Positions 27,535 to 37,706 of a stretch of 60,681 nt of DNA are shown in pieces (position 1 is the stretch's first letter; every line of letters starts with the position of its first letter). A program made the translations under genes and the position numbers. Source of the stretch: Bacillota bacterium. Its GTDB lineage: Bacteria > Bacillota > Sulfobacillia > JAUYEF01. The notes beneath the pieces were generated by a model, which worked only from the letters and a program-made list of their open reading frames with translations, was not told the origin of the DNA and did no database searches. Location of the stretch: assembly GCA_030691635.1 (NCBI GenBank), contig JAUYEF010000326.1:1-60681 (forward strand), in the 5' to 3' direction.

Positions 27535-28669
27535 ATGTTTGAGGAGATGAGACAGAAGGCCGAGTATTCATGGGCGAAAGTCGAAGAGCTCAGGAGGTCT
27601 CTTTGACGTAGCGGCCCGGGCGGCCAGGGTTTCGGAACTGGAAACCCGGATGGCTGCTCCAGACTTTTGGAACGACCCTGAAGAAGCAAAGAAACTGGTG
27701 AAGAACCTCACTGAGGTCAAGCGGCCGCTCGACAAAGTCCAGGGCCTTGAGGCGAGAGCCAGAGACGCCCGCGAGATGCTCGACCTGATAGAGGCTGAGT
27801 CGGACCTCGAGCTTGCCGGCGAGCTCGAGCGCGAGATAGATGAGCTCGAAGCGGACCTGAAGGAGTTCGAACTGCTGGTCCTGCTGAGCGGCAAGTATGA
27901 CTCGCGAGCCGCGATCGTCTCGCTACATGCAGGCGCCGGCGGCACCGACGCGCAGGACTGGGTCGAGATCTTGCTCAGGATGTACACAAGATGGGCGGAG
28001 CGCCACGGTTTTGCGACGGACCTGCTGGACAGCCTCCCCGGCGAAGAGGCGGGGCTGAAGAGCGTGACCATCGGCGTCAAGGGCGAGTACGCATATGGCT
28101 TCCTGAAATCGGAGAAAGGTGTGCACCGCCTTGTGCGGATTTCGCCTTTCGACGCGTCGAGCCGCAGGCACACATCGTTTGCGTCGGTCGAGGTGCTGCC
28201 TGAAATCGAGGAAGACAACGACATAGAGATCAAACCTGAGGACCTGAGAATCGACACGTACAGGTCGAGCGGGGCCGGCGGGCAGCATGTCAACAAAACG
28301 GACTCGGCTGTCCGGATAACGCACATTCCAACCGGAGTCGTGGTTGCGTGCCAGAATGAACGGTCGCAGCACGCGAACAAGGAAACGGCGATGAGGATCG
28401 TGAAAGCGCGTCTCGCAGATCTTAGGGAGCAGGAGCGGGAAAAGGAGATCGCATCCTTGCGCGGAGCGTACCAGGAGATCGCCTGGGGCAGCCAGATCAG
28501 GTCGTACGTGTTCCAGCCGTACAGCCTGGTGAAAGACCACAGGACAGGCGTTGAGGAAGGAAACGTCCAGGCAGTCATGGACGGGGACATAGACCAGTTC
28601 ATCCAGGCGTCGCTCAGGGAACACTTGCAGAAAAACGGACACGGCCGGTTGCACGAGGTTTCACCATGA
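27535..28669 (+). CDS. prfB: Peptide chain release factor 2, programmed +1 frameshift at CTT-TGA-C (27601-27607)
   Basis: ATG 27535; internal SD AGGAGG 27592-27597 then CTTTGAC; +1 frame has SPF and GGQ motifs. Confidence 0.98.
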
Positions 28670-29394
28670 AAGCGCTCGGATGCTTGCTGGTCGCCGTGAT
28701 CCTGGTAGTCGCGGTGGCGGAGATAACTCTCCCAAGCATCGCCCAGCAGGCAGCGAAGGCAGAGGCGGAGAAAATGGCGGGGCCCCTTGGGGCCTCTTTT
28801 CCTTTGGGCGCAAAGGTTGAGGTCAAGTCCGTCCCAGCGATAAAGTACGTGGCAGGCTACATAGACACGCTCACGCTACGGGCTTCGCCCGCCCGTGTAG
28901 GCTCAGTAGAAGTGGATACGCTGCTCCTTGAGGCCTCCCGCGTGAGCATCGACCCGGTCTCGGTCATGACGGGCCGCCCGCCCACCCGGCCGACGAAATA
29001 CGGCTCTTTCAGGGCTGTGATGATAGTCACCGAAGGAACGATCACCAAGAAGGCACAGGAGGTCATCCCGCTTGCCGGCTCGAAGGTGACTTTGGCGGGC
29101 GGAAAGGCCCGCGTGAGCGGGAGCCTTCCGATACTGGGCAGGACTTACAAGATCGACATCGTCGGGGGCATCGGGATTGCGCCTCCCGACAGGAAGCGGC
29201 TCTTCTTCTTCATCGACCAGATAGAGCTCGACGGCAGGCCAGCGTCCGCGGTGATCAACGCTGCCGTAAGACAGGTCCTCGGCGACAAGGTGCTGCTGTT
29301 CGACGCTGTGCGAGAGCGCATTCCGCTCATATTCCAAGAAGTGAGTGTCCAGCCCGAAAGCCTGCGAATCATCGCTGGGCTCGAGAACCAGTAG
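28666..29394 (+). CDS. DUF2993/LmeA-like exported protein
   Basis: N-terminal TM then 'LPSIAQ..', beta-rich body; ATGA overlap with prfB. Confidence 0.65.
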   Translation: MKALGCLLVAVILVVAVAEITLPSIAQQAAKAEAEKMAGPLGASFPLGAKVEVKSVPAIKYVAGYIDTLTLRASPARVGSVEVDTLLLEASRVSIDPVSVMTGRPPTRPTKYGSFRAVMIVTEGTITKKAQEVIPLAGSKVTLAGGKARVSGSLPILGRTYKIDIVGGIGIAPPDRKRLFFFIDQIELDGRPASAVINAAVRQVLGDKVLLFDAVRERIPLIFQEVSVQPESLRIIAGLENQ

Positions 29395-29397
29395 CCC

Positions 29398-30504
29398 CTA
29401 ACCCAGCTCCTGCTTCACAAGCTCGATGTTTCGCCTCGCCAGCCTCACAAACTCGCTCCTGCGCGCCGCGAGCGAGGACGCTACCTCGGCCCGGCGAGAA
29501 AGCAGGTCCTCTGTCACCGTCTGGATCCCCGCCACGGTCGCGCCGTGGATGTCGCACGCGGTGGGGATGCCTGCGCTATCCGCGAAACTCTGTACCTTTG
29601 GGTCGTAGGATATGGCCGCGCACGGCACTGCCTTCGAGACTGCGAACACTAGTGAGTGGAGCCTCATCCCGATCACCGCCTGCGAGAGCCCCATGATCTC
29701 AAGCATGACCTGCGGCCTGACCCGCTCGCGTAGCACGTAGAGCGGGGATCGCGCGCCCCGCGCCAGATGCTCGCAGAAAGCGGCGTCCTGGTCGAAGTGA
29801 AGCGGGACTAGCAGGACGCGCGCTCCCATTGCCGAGAGGAGCGCGAGCGCGGTCTTCATGACATCCGCGAAAGAAGCAGGCGCGTGCTTCCAGGGCCTGA
29901 GCGAGATGGTGACGAGGGGGCCACCCGTAGGCGGGACGCCACAGCGCGCGACCGACTCTTGAGCCGCGCTTGCGTACTCCGCGTGCTCGGTCGCTGTTAG
30001 TGCCTCATCGAGCAGGAAAACGGGGTCGGCCGTGACTTCCACATAGGGGCGGGTGACGCCGAGGCTCTTCACGTCCTCAAGGGAGTTGCGATCGCGAAAG
30101 GTGGCGACATCGATCCTGTCCAGCACTGCCCGGCAGAGGAGCCTGCCCTGGCGCGACGTGACGGGGCCGAACCCATTGGCGAAGAGCATGACCTTTCTCC
30201 CGAAAGACTTGGCCAGCGCCATGACGCTCAGGTAGTACACGAGCGAGCGCACGCTCGTCACATCCTGCAGCAGGCTTCCGCCCCCGCTCAGCAGCATCTC
30301 CGAGGCCAGCAGCGCGCGCGTGACGCCGCCCACGTCCAGCCTCCCGACCGCCTGGACATCGAGTTCCCCGCTGGTGGCGGAAGGGTCTTTCGAGATGACC
30401 GTGATCCCGAGGCCGGGGATGGCTGACCGCAGCGACGCGACCATTGATGCCAGGATGGCCTCATCGCCGGCATTGCCGAACCCGTAGTATCCTGAGATCA
30501 CCAC
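29398..30504 (-). CDS. csaB: Polysaccharide pyruvyl transferase CsaB
   Basis: SGYYGFGNAGDEAIL, SGGGSLLQDVTS, ADP, GMRLHS, SYDPKV. Confidence 0.95.
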   Translation of the reverse strand: MVISGYYGFGNAGDEAILASMVASLRSAIPGLGITVISKDPSATSGELDVQAVGRLDVGGVTRALLASEMLLSGGGSLLQDVTSVRSLVYYLSVMALAKSFGRKVMLFANGFGPVTSRQGRLLCRAVLDRIDVATFRDRNSLEDVKSLGVTRPYVEVTADPVFLLDEALTATEHAEYASAAQESVARCGVPPTGGPLVTISLRPWKHAPASFADVMKTALALLSAMGARVLLVPLHFDQDAAFCEHLARGARSPLYVLRERVRPQVMLEIMGLSQAVIGMRLHSLVFAVSKAVPCAAISYDPKVQSFADSAGIPTACDIHGATVAGIQTVTEDLLSRRAEVASSLAARRSEFVRLARRNIELVKQELG

Positions 30505-30519
30505 ACCAGGCAGCGTCGC

Positions 30520-31701
30520 TCACCCGACCCTTCGTAAGGTCTTCATGTAGCAGTCCACAGTGCCCTTGGCCTGTTGTGCGGCAGAGAACCTGCCTTCCAC
30601 TGTCTTTCTTGCGTTTTTGCCCAGCCGGAGGGCAAGTTCCGGTTCACCCGACAATGTCAGCAGCGACAGCGCTATCTTGTCCGCGTCGCCCGGAGGGACC
30701 AGCAAACCGTTGAAGCCCGGCTCGATCACTTCGGGCACACCGCCGACCGCGGATGCCACTACGGGCAGCGATGCGGCCATGGCTTCGAGCAAGGATATGC
30801 CAAGCGCCTCCGACAGCGACGGCAGCACGAACACGTCGGCCCTGGACAGGAGATCCGGGACGTCCTCCACAAAGCCCAAGAACACGACATGCTTTTCGAG
30901 GCCGAGCTGGTAGGCAAGAGCCTCAAGCTCGGTGCGAAGCGAGCCGTCTCCGGCTATCCACAGCCGGGCGCCTCGATGGTGTTTGAGCACGCGCGGCATG
31001 GCCTGGACCAGGAACCGGTGCCCCTTATCAGGCTCCAACCGCCCTGTCGTAACGATGACCGGTCCAACGTCGCGCCCTCGGGACCCCGCCCCCTGGGACG
31101 GTGCCCTCTGGGATAGCCCGCCCGCGCCTGCGGACGGGACGCGCGGCCCGGCTCCGGCGGGCTCGGCCCCGGCGCCGGTCTCCACGCCGTTGTAGACAAG
31201 GTCGAGCATGCCTCTGGGCACACCCGACCTGGCAAGCTCTCCAAGCACGGCTTTCGAGACGCAGATCACCCTGTCCGCCAGCAGCGGCTGCAGACGCGCC
31301 ATGATACCCGCGCTGCCCGCGCCGCCCATCGTGTGCTTGGTGAAAACGATCCTTGTGCCGGGCACGAACCGCGCGGCGATTCTTGCCACCAAACTGGCGT
31401 GCGTGTGGACGATGTCGAACCGTCCTCGCCGGGCGATGCGGACCAGCGGCAGGAACTGGCCTGGATCAAGGGACTTGTCGCTGCCCGGAAGCGTGTGAGT
31501 CTTGATGCCTCCGTCTCTGAGCGACTTCCAGAGCGCGCCGCCCCTCGGGCAGGCCACCTCCGCGTCAACCCGGGCCGCATACTCCGGCCCGCGGAGGAGC
31601 GTGATTAGATAACGACCTGCTCCCCCGAAATTGCTGTCGCTCATGACATGCAGCACCCGGACCCTGGCGCCGTCAGGCACGTGTGGCGTCCTTCTTCCCA
31701 A
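30520..31701 (-). CDS. GT4 glycosyltransferase
   Basis: SDSNFGGAGRY, DIVHTH, GRLEPDKG, FVLPSLSEALGISLLEAMA. Confidence 0.93.
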   Translation of the reverse strand: MGRRTPHVPDGARVRVLHVMSDSNFGGAGRYLITLLRGPEYAARVDAEVACPRGGALWKSLRDGGIKTHTLPGSDKSLDPGQFLPLVRIARRGRFDIVHTHASLVARIAARFVPGTRIVFTKHTMGGAGSAGIMARLQPLLADRVICVSKAVLGELARSGVPRGMLDLVYNGVETGAGAEPAGAGPRVPSAGAGGLSQRAPSQGAGSRGRDVGPVIVTTGRLEPDKGHRFLVQAMPRVLKHHRGARLWIAGDGSLRTELEALAYQLGLEKHVVFLGFVEDVPDLLSRADVFVLPSLSEALGISLLEAMAASLPVVASAVGGVPEVIEPGFNGLLVPPGDADKIALSLLTLSGEPELALRLGKNARKTVEGRFSAAQQAKGTVDCYMKTLRRVG

Positions 31702-33265
31702 AGGCAGTCATCCCGACCGCCATTCCGATCGCCGCCCAGAAGAACATCACATTCTTGGGCGAATACCAGATATTGTCCATCAAGCCATGGGCGAGCTGGC
31801 CCAGCGTGCCGGCCACCGCGCCCACGAGCACGTAACTTGTATACCTGTCAAGATCCCGTGCGGCCACCGCGTCGCGCAGGTGGTTCAGCACGGCCCATAC
31901 GAAGAATGCCAGCCCCGCCCCGCCCATTTCCACGAGGATCTGCAGGTAGAGGTTGTGCGTATGAGCGGCGGGCGTCCCGGCTATCTCGTATTGCGGGTAA
32001 ACTCGCGCGAAGGCCACCGGTCCAAGGCCTATGCCGGTCGCCCACCTATCCTTTATCATCCGCAGCACGGAGGTCCATATGGTGATCCGGTACTTGGCCG
32101 AACTATCTCCCAGCGTGACCAGCGATTCGGCCCGCAGGAGTATGCTCTCCGGTAAGAACAGCGGCGAGGCAACAAGCACGATAAGCAGCAGCACCAGGAA
32201 ACGACGGTCCTTGATGGCGCTGACCACAAGGAGCCCGAGAGCGGTCGCGACCCAGCCACCCCTTGAGAAGGTGACGCCAAGGCACAATACCATGGGCACA
32301 GCGGCGCCGGCCATCGACACGCGGGCGAGAACGCTCCTTGAAGCCAGGAGCAGCACGAAGGCGAGCACGATCGCGTACGAGAGGTATTCGGCCAGCATGT
32401 TGGGGTTGTCGAAGATCGAGTACACGCGAGTGGTGATGTAGTCCGACATCTTGATGTCGACCCACGACTCGGCGGTCTCGATGCCCGAGAAGTACTGCCT
32501 GATGCCGAGAAGCGCCACCAGCGTCGCCGATACCGCCCAGGACAGGGCGACGAACCACGCGTCGCCTCTCTTCCTTATCCACTGGGACGCGACAAAGAAA
32601 ACCGCGATGTATGAGGCCCATAGAACCAGTGAGGGCAGGCTCTCGCGAAGGGTCACGGAGCCGGCCGTCGCAGCGACGGTAATCCCTGCGAACAAGACCA
32701 CAGGGATGTACGTCCTGGAAACGGGCGTCTCGTCGCCCGAAACGAGCTTTGATGCGGCCCAGGCAGCCAGGAGGGCAAAAGCGCCCGCTGTGTTCACGGT
32801 CGTCGGAGTGAACGGCACGACCGCAAGGTAAAGCCCGACGAGAACAGCGCCGGCGTCTGGCGCCCCGGCCTCAGCTATCCCGGTGGCCTTCAGGACCAGG
32901 CGCGCGAAAGCGCTCCCGTACCATGCCGACTGTGCGAAACGCCACGCCGCGCGCGCCCTTTCCACAAGGAAGCTGTTGCCGGTGCCCTGCTCCACCACCG
33001 GGGCGAGCCACTCGAAGGCGCGCGAAACAGCTCCTGCTATCGAGGACCACGTCTTCCCGAACCATGATCGCCGCCAAAACTCCTCTTCCGAGGAAGCAGA
33101 TGCCAGCCATCCTACGACCTTGCTCGAAGCCGGCGCAGCCCTCCAGAAAGCCTCCGAGCCTGCCCAGAGCCGTCCAGAGACACTGTGCGGCCAGGCCTGC
33201 CCCAGGTAACGGAGCATCCTCACAAAGAGGCTGTCTTCTGTCGCGACGCGGAATGCCTGGATCAC
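31673..33265 (-). CDS. O-antigen ligase/Wzy_C family membrane protein
   Basis: RVYSIFDNPNMLAEY, TFSRGGW, R..IW, GIGLG, HTHNLYLQILVEMG. Confidence 0.9.
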   Translation of the reverse strand: MIQAFRVATEDSLFVRMLRYLGQAWPHSVSGRLWAGSEAFWRAAPASSKVVGWLASASSEEEFWRRSWFGKTWSSIAGAVSRAFEWLAPVVEQGTGNSFLVERARAAWRFAQSAWYGSAFARLVLKATGIAEAGAPDAGAVLVGLYLAVVPFTPTTVNTAGAFALLAAWAASKLVSGDETPVSRTYIPVVLFAGITVAATAGSVTLRESLPSLVLWASYIAVFFVASQWIRKRGDAWFVALSWAVSATLVALLGIRQYFSGIETAESWVDIKMSDYITTRVYSIFDNPNMLAEYLSYAIVLAFVLLLASRSVLARVSMAGAAVPMVLCLGVTFSRGGWVATALGLLVVSAIKDRRFLVLLLIVLVASPLFLPESILLRAESLVTLGDSSAKYRITIWTSVLRMIKDRWATGIGLGPVAFARVYPQYEIAGTPAAHTHNLYLQILVEMGGAGLAFFVWAVLNHLRDAVAARDLDRYTSYVLVGAVAGTLGQLAHGLMDNIWYSPKNVMFFWAAIGMAVGMTAFGKKDATRA

Positions 33266-33753
33266 TTGAGCACTATCTCCATGACTGTTGTTTCAACAGC
33301 CCACATGTTCGTCTTGAGCTGGACGCGTGCTCCGATTCGCATCTCCTGGCTGCCCATCACGATGGCGTTCTCGGAAACGCTTCCCACGCCCCGCACCTTC
33401 ACATACACGTCTTTCCTGGTGGCTGAACTGCTCTCGGAAATCGTGCCGTCGGGCTGCACAACCGTCACGGTGGTCGGCTGCACTTCCTTGCCAATGACCT
33501 CTCCGAGGAAAGTATTGGACTTGGACTCGCGCACTTTGTCTCCCGGCTTGATGACATCGACGGTCGCGCTCCTGACGTTATTCACCAAAAAGACTGCTTC
33601 GATCGTCTTCTCCTCAACGCGTCTCGAAGGAGACAGCCCTGAGAACCGCACATAATAGACGCCGCCGGCTGCGACCAAGATGACCAGCACCACCAGCAGG
33701 TCTATGATATTGATCAGCCCGAAAACCCGCCCCTTTTGGTCAAGAAGGCGCAC
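33262..33753 (-). CDS. DUF4330-like membrane-anchored protein
   Basis: LLDQKGRVFGLINIIDLLVV N-terminal signature. Confidence 0.8.
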   Translation of the reverse strand: MRLLDQKGRVFGLINIIDLLVVLVILVAAGGVYYVRFSGLSPSRRVEEKTIEAVFLVNNVRSATVDVIKPGDKVRESKSNTFLGEVIGKEVQPTTVTVVQPDGTISESSSATRKDVYVKVRGVGSVSENAIVMGSQEMRIGARVQLKTNMWAVETTVMEIVLK

Positions 33754-34901
33754 TAAAGTCGCTCCTTTCGCAAACTCTTCATTTCGAAAGCCTTCCTATA
33801 CACCGCAAGCGTCCTCGGCACAAGCGCCTCCCACGAGTAATCGCGGGTAACGACCTCCAGCCCCAGCGCAGACGATGCGGCACGCAGTTCGCTGCTCTCC
33901 AGCAACGAGTTCACTGCGGCGCCGATCTCGCCGGCAGTGGCAGTGACATCCGAGCCACGCGCCGTGAAATTGTGGCGTCTGGCCATCTCGACGTTGCCGG
34001 CAGACAGCGCTCCCCTGAACCCGCCTTCTCCTGCCAGCACGACCGGTTTGCCGCAGGCCATCGCCTCCAGCGCGGACCGTGCCACGGCAACCACGACATC
34101 GGACGAAAGCAGGTAGGGAACCACGTCTTCCTGCCCGCCCACGGCGACCGCGGCGCGACGCCCGAGCAGGCTGTTGCACCGCTCGCAGGCCTGCCGTACA
34201 TCGCCGAGCCGGTCGCCGTCGCCGACAACCAGCCCGACGATGCCGGGGTGCTGTGCGTCGAGCGACGGGAGGGCCTCGACAAGGCTGACGGCGGTATCCG
34301 CGAACCGGGCGTCGAGACGCGAGACATTGGTGACCACTGGGCCGGAGTTCCCGGCCACAATTTCCTCCCGCAGCGGGGGCTGAGGAGCAGGCGCAAACCT
34401 GCGAGTGTCTATGCCGTTCGGTATGATTTCGACACGGGCGCCGTCGAATCCCAGGTGGTTCACGAGGTGCGACTTGATGTCGTCGCTGACCGCGATGCAA
34501 ATGTCGCCCTGCCTGGTGAACAAGTTCCAGGGGAAGCCCGCGGTGTAGACGCCGTGGTATGTCGTGACAAGCGGGATGGCCGGGTGCTTGCGCTGCACTT
34601 GAGTCAAGACCCAGGCGGGTATCCGCCCGTGAGCGTGAAACAGCTCCACTCCCCGGGCTTCGACCGTCTCGCCCAGGATGCGCGTGGCCGCCAGGAGGCT
34701 CAAAGGCGCCCTGCTGTGAAGAGGGGCGCCTAGATGGAGCACTCCGGCCTGCTCGAGCCGCTTGACGAGCCGCCCGCCCTGCGACGTGACGCTGACTCTA
34801 AACCCCAGGTCGGAAAGTCTGGTGGCGAGGTCTATGACATGAGTCTCAGCGCCGCCGAAATCGAGGGACATGGCGGCGATCAGGACGCCGCAATTCGCCA
34901 T
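33753..34901 (-). CDS. GT4 glycosyltransferase
   Basis: GGAETHV, HAHGRIPAW, IPNGIDT, ALEAMACGKPV. Confidence 0.92.
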   Translation of the reverse strand: MANCGVLIAAMSLDFGGAETHVIDLATRLSDLGFRVSVTSQGGRLVKRLEQAGVLHLGAPLHSRAPLSLLAATRILGETVEARGVELFHAHGRIPAWVLTQVQRKHPAIPLVTTYHGVYTAGFPWNLFTRQGDICIAVSDDIKSHLVNHLGFDGARVEIIPNGIDTRRFAPAPQPPLREEIVAGNSGPVVTNVSRLDARFADTAVSLVEALPSLDAQHPGIVGLVVGDGDRLGDVRQACERCNSLLGRRAAVAVGGQEDVVPYLLSSDVVVAVARSALEAMACGKPVVLAGEGGFRGALSAGNVEMARRHNFTARGSDVTATAGEIGAAVNSLLESSELRAASSALGLEVVTRDYSWEALVPRTLAVYRKAFEMKSLRKERL

Positions 34902-35165
34902 CAACCACCCTCGCAGTCGAATCGTGTTCGAATACAATCTTCCTGCTCAAAGCGCGGTTTGTGCTCGCCGGGGGCAAGTAAAGTATAACATAGGCTCGAA
35001 CTGGAGTGTTATTTGCCGCCCCGGCGCAAGACTAATGGAGGAAAAGCATCTGGGCCATGAGAATACCTAGCCTGCCCGGCGGGTCAAGGCCGGGCAGAGT
35101 GTTTGTGGTGAGTCATTCCTTCGCCGGCCGGGCCGGAAGCGAAGCATTCTACGAGGTCTCGCGCT

Positions 35166-35909
35166 GTGGAACGCCGCGAAAGAGTCGAGTTGCTCGGCGT
35201 GCGGTTCGATTCTCTGACGTTCGAGCAAGCCGTGGACGAAGCGATGCGACTGGCGTCGCTGGACGGCCCGCATATGATGGTCACCGCGAACCCGGAGCTC
35301 CTCGAGCGGTCAAGGCACGATACGAGGCTGCTGCAGGTGATGAACGCTGCAGATTTGGTCTTTGCGGACGGCGTGGGCGTAGTCTGGGCATCGCGCCGGC
35401 TCGGAAAACCGTTGCCCGAGCGCGTGACCGGCATCGACTTGATGAAACGGCTCGTCGAGCGCACCGCGAGCCTGGGCCGGAGCGTGTACCTGCTGGGGAG
35501 CCGTCCCGGCGTCGCGGAACGTGCTGCGGCGGTATTTCGCGCCGCAAACTCCGGCCTCCGGATCGCGGGCACGATGCATGGCTATTTCAGCGCGCACGAA
35601 GAGAAGGCAGTGCTCGACCAGATCAGAGAGGCGCGCCCGTCGATGCTGTTCGTGGGACTCGGCCAGCCTCGGCAGGAGTTTTGGATCGCCCAGCACAAGG
35701 ACTTGCTGGGCGTGCCGCTTGCGATGGGAATCGGGGGCAGCATGGACGTGATCGCCGGAGACGTCAGGCGCGCCCCGGAATGGATGCAGAGAGCAGGCAT
35801 TGAGTGGCTGTACAGGTTGCTCTTGCAGCCCGGTCGAATACGCAGGCACCTCGTGCTTCCAGTCTTCGCGCTCAGGGTGCTGCGGGAGAGCTTGAAGCGG
35901 CGGTATTAG
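35166..35909 (+). CDS. tagA: WecB/TagA/CpsF N-acetylmannosaminyltransferase
   Basis: TANPE, ADGVGVV, RVTGIDL, HGYF, VGLGQPRQE, GGSMDV, EWLYRL. Confidence 0.93.
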   Translation: MERRERVELLGVRFDSLTFEQAVDEAMRLASLDGPHMMVTANPELLERSRHDTRLLQVMNAADLVFADGVGVVWASRRLGKPLPERVTGIDLMKRLVERTASLGRSVYLLGSRPGVAERAAAVFRAANSGLRIAGTMHGYFSAHEEKAVLDQIREARPSMLFVGLGQPRQEFWIAQHKDLLGVPLAMGIGGSMDVIAGDVRRAPEWMQRAGIEWLYRLLLQPGRIRRHLVLPVFALRVLRESLKRRY

Positions 35910-35925
35910 TGGAGGGGGGCTTGGA

Positions 35926-36762
35926 GTGAGGGACAAGCAGAAACTGCAGCAAATCGCCAAGGAGATACGCAAGAGCATCTTGATCGCAACGACTGAGGCA
36001 GGATCCGGCCACCCCGGTGGGTCGTTGTCATCAGTGGAGATCCTCACGGCCCTGTATTTCGACATAATGAAAGTTGACCCTGGCAACCCTCGATGGGATT
36101 GCCGCGACCGGTTCGTGCTATCGAAGGGCCACGCGGCGCCGGTGCTCTACGCGACGCTTGCCGAGCGGGGTTTCTTCAGCAAGGAAACCCTGAAATCGCT
36201 CCGCAGACTGGGGTCCATCCTGCAGGGCCACCCGGACATGAACCGGACTCCCGGTCTTGACGCGTCCACGGGCTCGCTGGGGCAAGGACTTTCTTTCGCC
36301 TGCGGGCTTGCGCTGGGAGCCAGGCTGGACTGCGCGGAATGGCGGGTCTATGCGGTCGTAGGCGACGGCGAATCTGAGGAAGGGCAGATATGGGAGGCGG
36401 CGATGTTCGCCGCGCACTACTCGCTCTCGAACCTGACGGCTTTTCTTGACTGGAACGGCCTGCAGATCGACGGGCCGTGTGAGCAGGTCATGAGCCCGTA
36501 TCCGCTGGACGCCAAGTGGGCGGCGTTCGGGTGGAACGTGCTGGTCATAGACGGCCACGACTTCGGGCAGATATTCCAGGCTGCAGACAAGGCTCGAGAG
36601 TGCAAGGACAGGCCCACCGTGATTATCGCAAGGACGGTTAAGGGCAAGGGCGTATCGTTCATGGAGAACCAGGCACAGTGGCACGGCAAGGCGGCCAGCA
36701 AGGAGCAGCTCGAGCAGGCGCTCGCCGCGCTCGAGAAGGGGGGCGTCACATGTGGCGCCTGA
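35926..36762 (+). CDS. Transketolase, N-terminal subunit
   Basis: GHPGGSLS, DRFVLSKGHAAP, TGSLGQG, GDGESEEG TPP motif. Confidence 0.96.
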   Translation: MRDKQKLQQIAKEIRKSILIATTEAGSGHPGGSLSSVEILTALYFDIMKVDPGNPRWDCRDRFVLSKGHAAPVLYATLAERGFFSKETLKSLRRLGSILQGHPDMNRTPGLDASTGSLGQGLSFACGLALGARLDCAEWRVYAVVGDGESEEGQIWEAAMFAAHYSLSNLTAFLDWNGLQIDGPCEQVMSPYPLDAKWAAFGWNVLVIDGHDFGQIFQAADKARECKDRPTVIIARTVKGKGVSFMENQAQWHGKAASKEQLEQALAALEKGGVTCGA

Positions 36763-37693
36763 GATGAGGGCCACACGGCAGGCATACGCGGAGACACTTG
36801 TGGAGCTGGGCAAAGAAGATGAGAGGATCGTCGTTCTGGACGCCGACCTTTCCGCATCGACGATGACACAGCAGTTCGGCAAGGCGTTCCCGGGCCGCTT
36901 TTTCAACACGGGCATCGCCGAGCAGAACCTCATGTCGGTCGCCGGGGGCCTTGCCGCAGCCGGGAAGACGGTCTTCGCCAGCACGTTTGCGGTCTTCGCG
37001 ACGGGAAGGGCATACGACCAGATCAGAATGGGCATCGCCCACAACAGGCTCAACGTCAAGATAGCGGCCACTCATTCAGGGCTCACCGTCGGTGAGGATG
37101 GGGCCTCTCACCAGGCGCTGGAAGACATTGCGCTGATGCGGGCGCTTCCGAACATGACGGTCGTCGTGCCTGCTGACGCCACTGAGGCCGCTCAGGCGGT
37201 CCGCGTCGCGGCCGCCCAGCAAGGGCCATTCTACATAAGGCTCGGCAGGCCGCCGGTGCCGGTGCTGTACGGCGCGGACTACAGGTTTGAGCTGGGGCAC
37301 GCGAGGAGCCTTGCGCAGGGCAGTGACGTTGCAGTGTTCGCGACAGGCCACATGGTGGCGGTCGCGCTGGAGGCGGCAAGGTTGTTGGGCGCGGAAGGCA
37401 TCTCCGCTGAAGTCGTTAACGTGAGCACGATCAAGCCTCTCGACGTGGAGGCGGTGGTGGCCGCCGCACGAAAGTGCGGGGCCGCGGTGACCGTCGAGGA
37501 GCACAGCATAATCGGGGGCCTCGGGTCCGCCATAGCAGAAGCGCTTTCCGAGAACTTCCCGGTGCGGCTCAGGCGCGTGGGCGTGCGGGACGTGTTCGGC
37601 GAATCCGGGAAGCCCGCTGAACTCCTCAAGGCGTACGGCCTTTCGGCCGAAGGCGTTGTGGTGGCGTGCCGCGAGGTTATCGCGGGGAAGTAG
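36752..37693 (+). CDS. Transketolase, C-terminal subunit
   Basis: DADL, GIAEQN, GEDGASHQ, EEHSIIGGLG. Confidence 0.96.
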   Translation: MAPEMRATRQAYAETLVELGKEDERIVVLDADLSASTMTQQFGKAFPGRFFNTGIAEQNLMSVAGGLAAAGKTVFASTFAVFATGRAYDQIRMGIAHNRLNVKIAATHSGLTVGEDGASHQALEDIALMRALPNMTVVVPADATEAAQAVRVAAAQQGPFYIRLGRPPVPVLYGADYRFELGHARSLAQGSDVAVFATGHMVAVALEAARLLGAEGISAEVVNVSTIKPLDVEAVVAAARKCGAAVTVEEHSIIGGLGSAIAEALSENFPVRLRRVGVRDVFGESGKPAELLKAYGLSAEGVVVACREVIAGK

Positions 37694-37706
37694 GTGGTGA
37701 AACCAT

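Noticed and set aside
27601-27650. prfB as a pseudogene
   Set aside because: Canonical programmed frameshift signal is present
27568-28602. 344-aa minus-strand ORF
   Set aside because: Antisense to prfB
34966-35026. Imperfect inverted repeat in the GT4/tagA divergent region
   Set aside because: GC-rich arms with bulges; cannot be distinguished from chance without homologues
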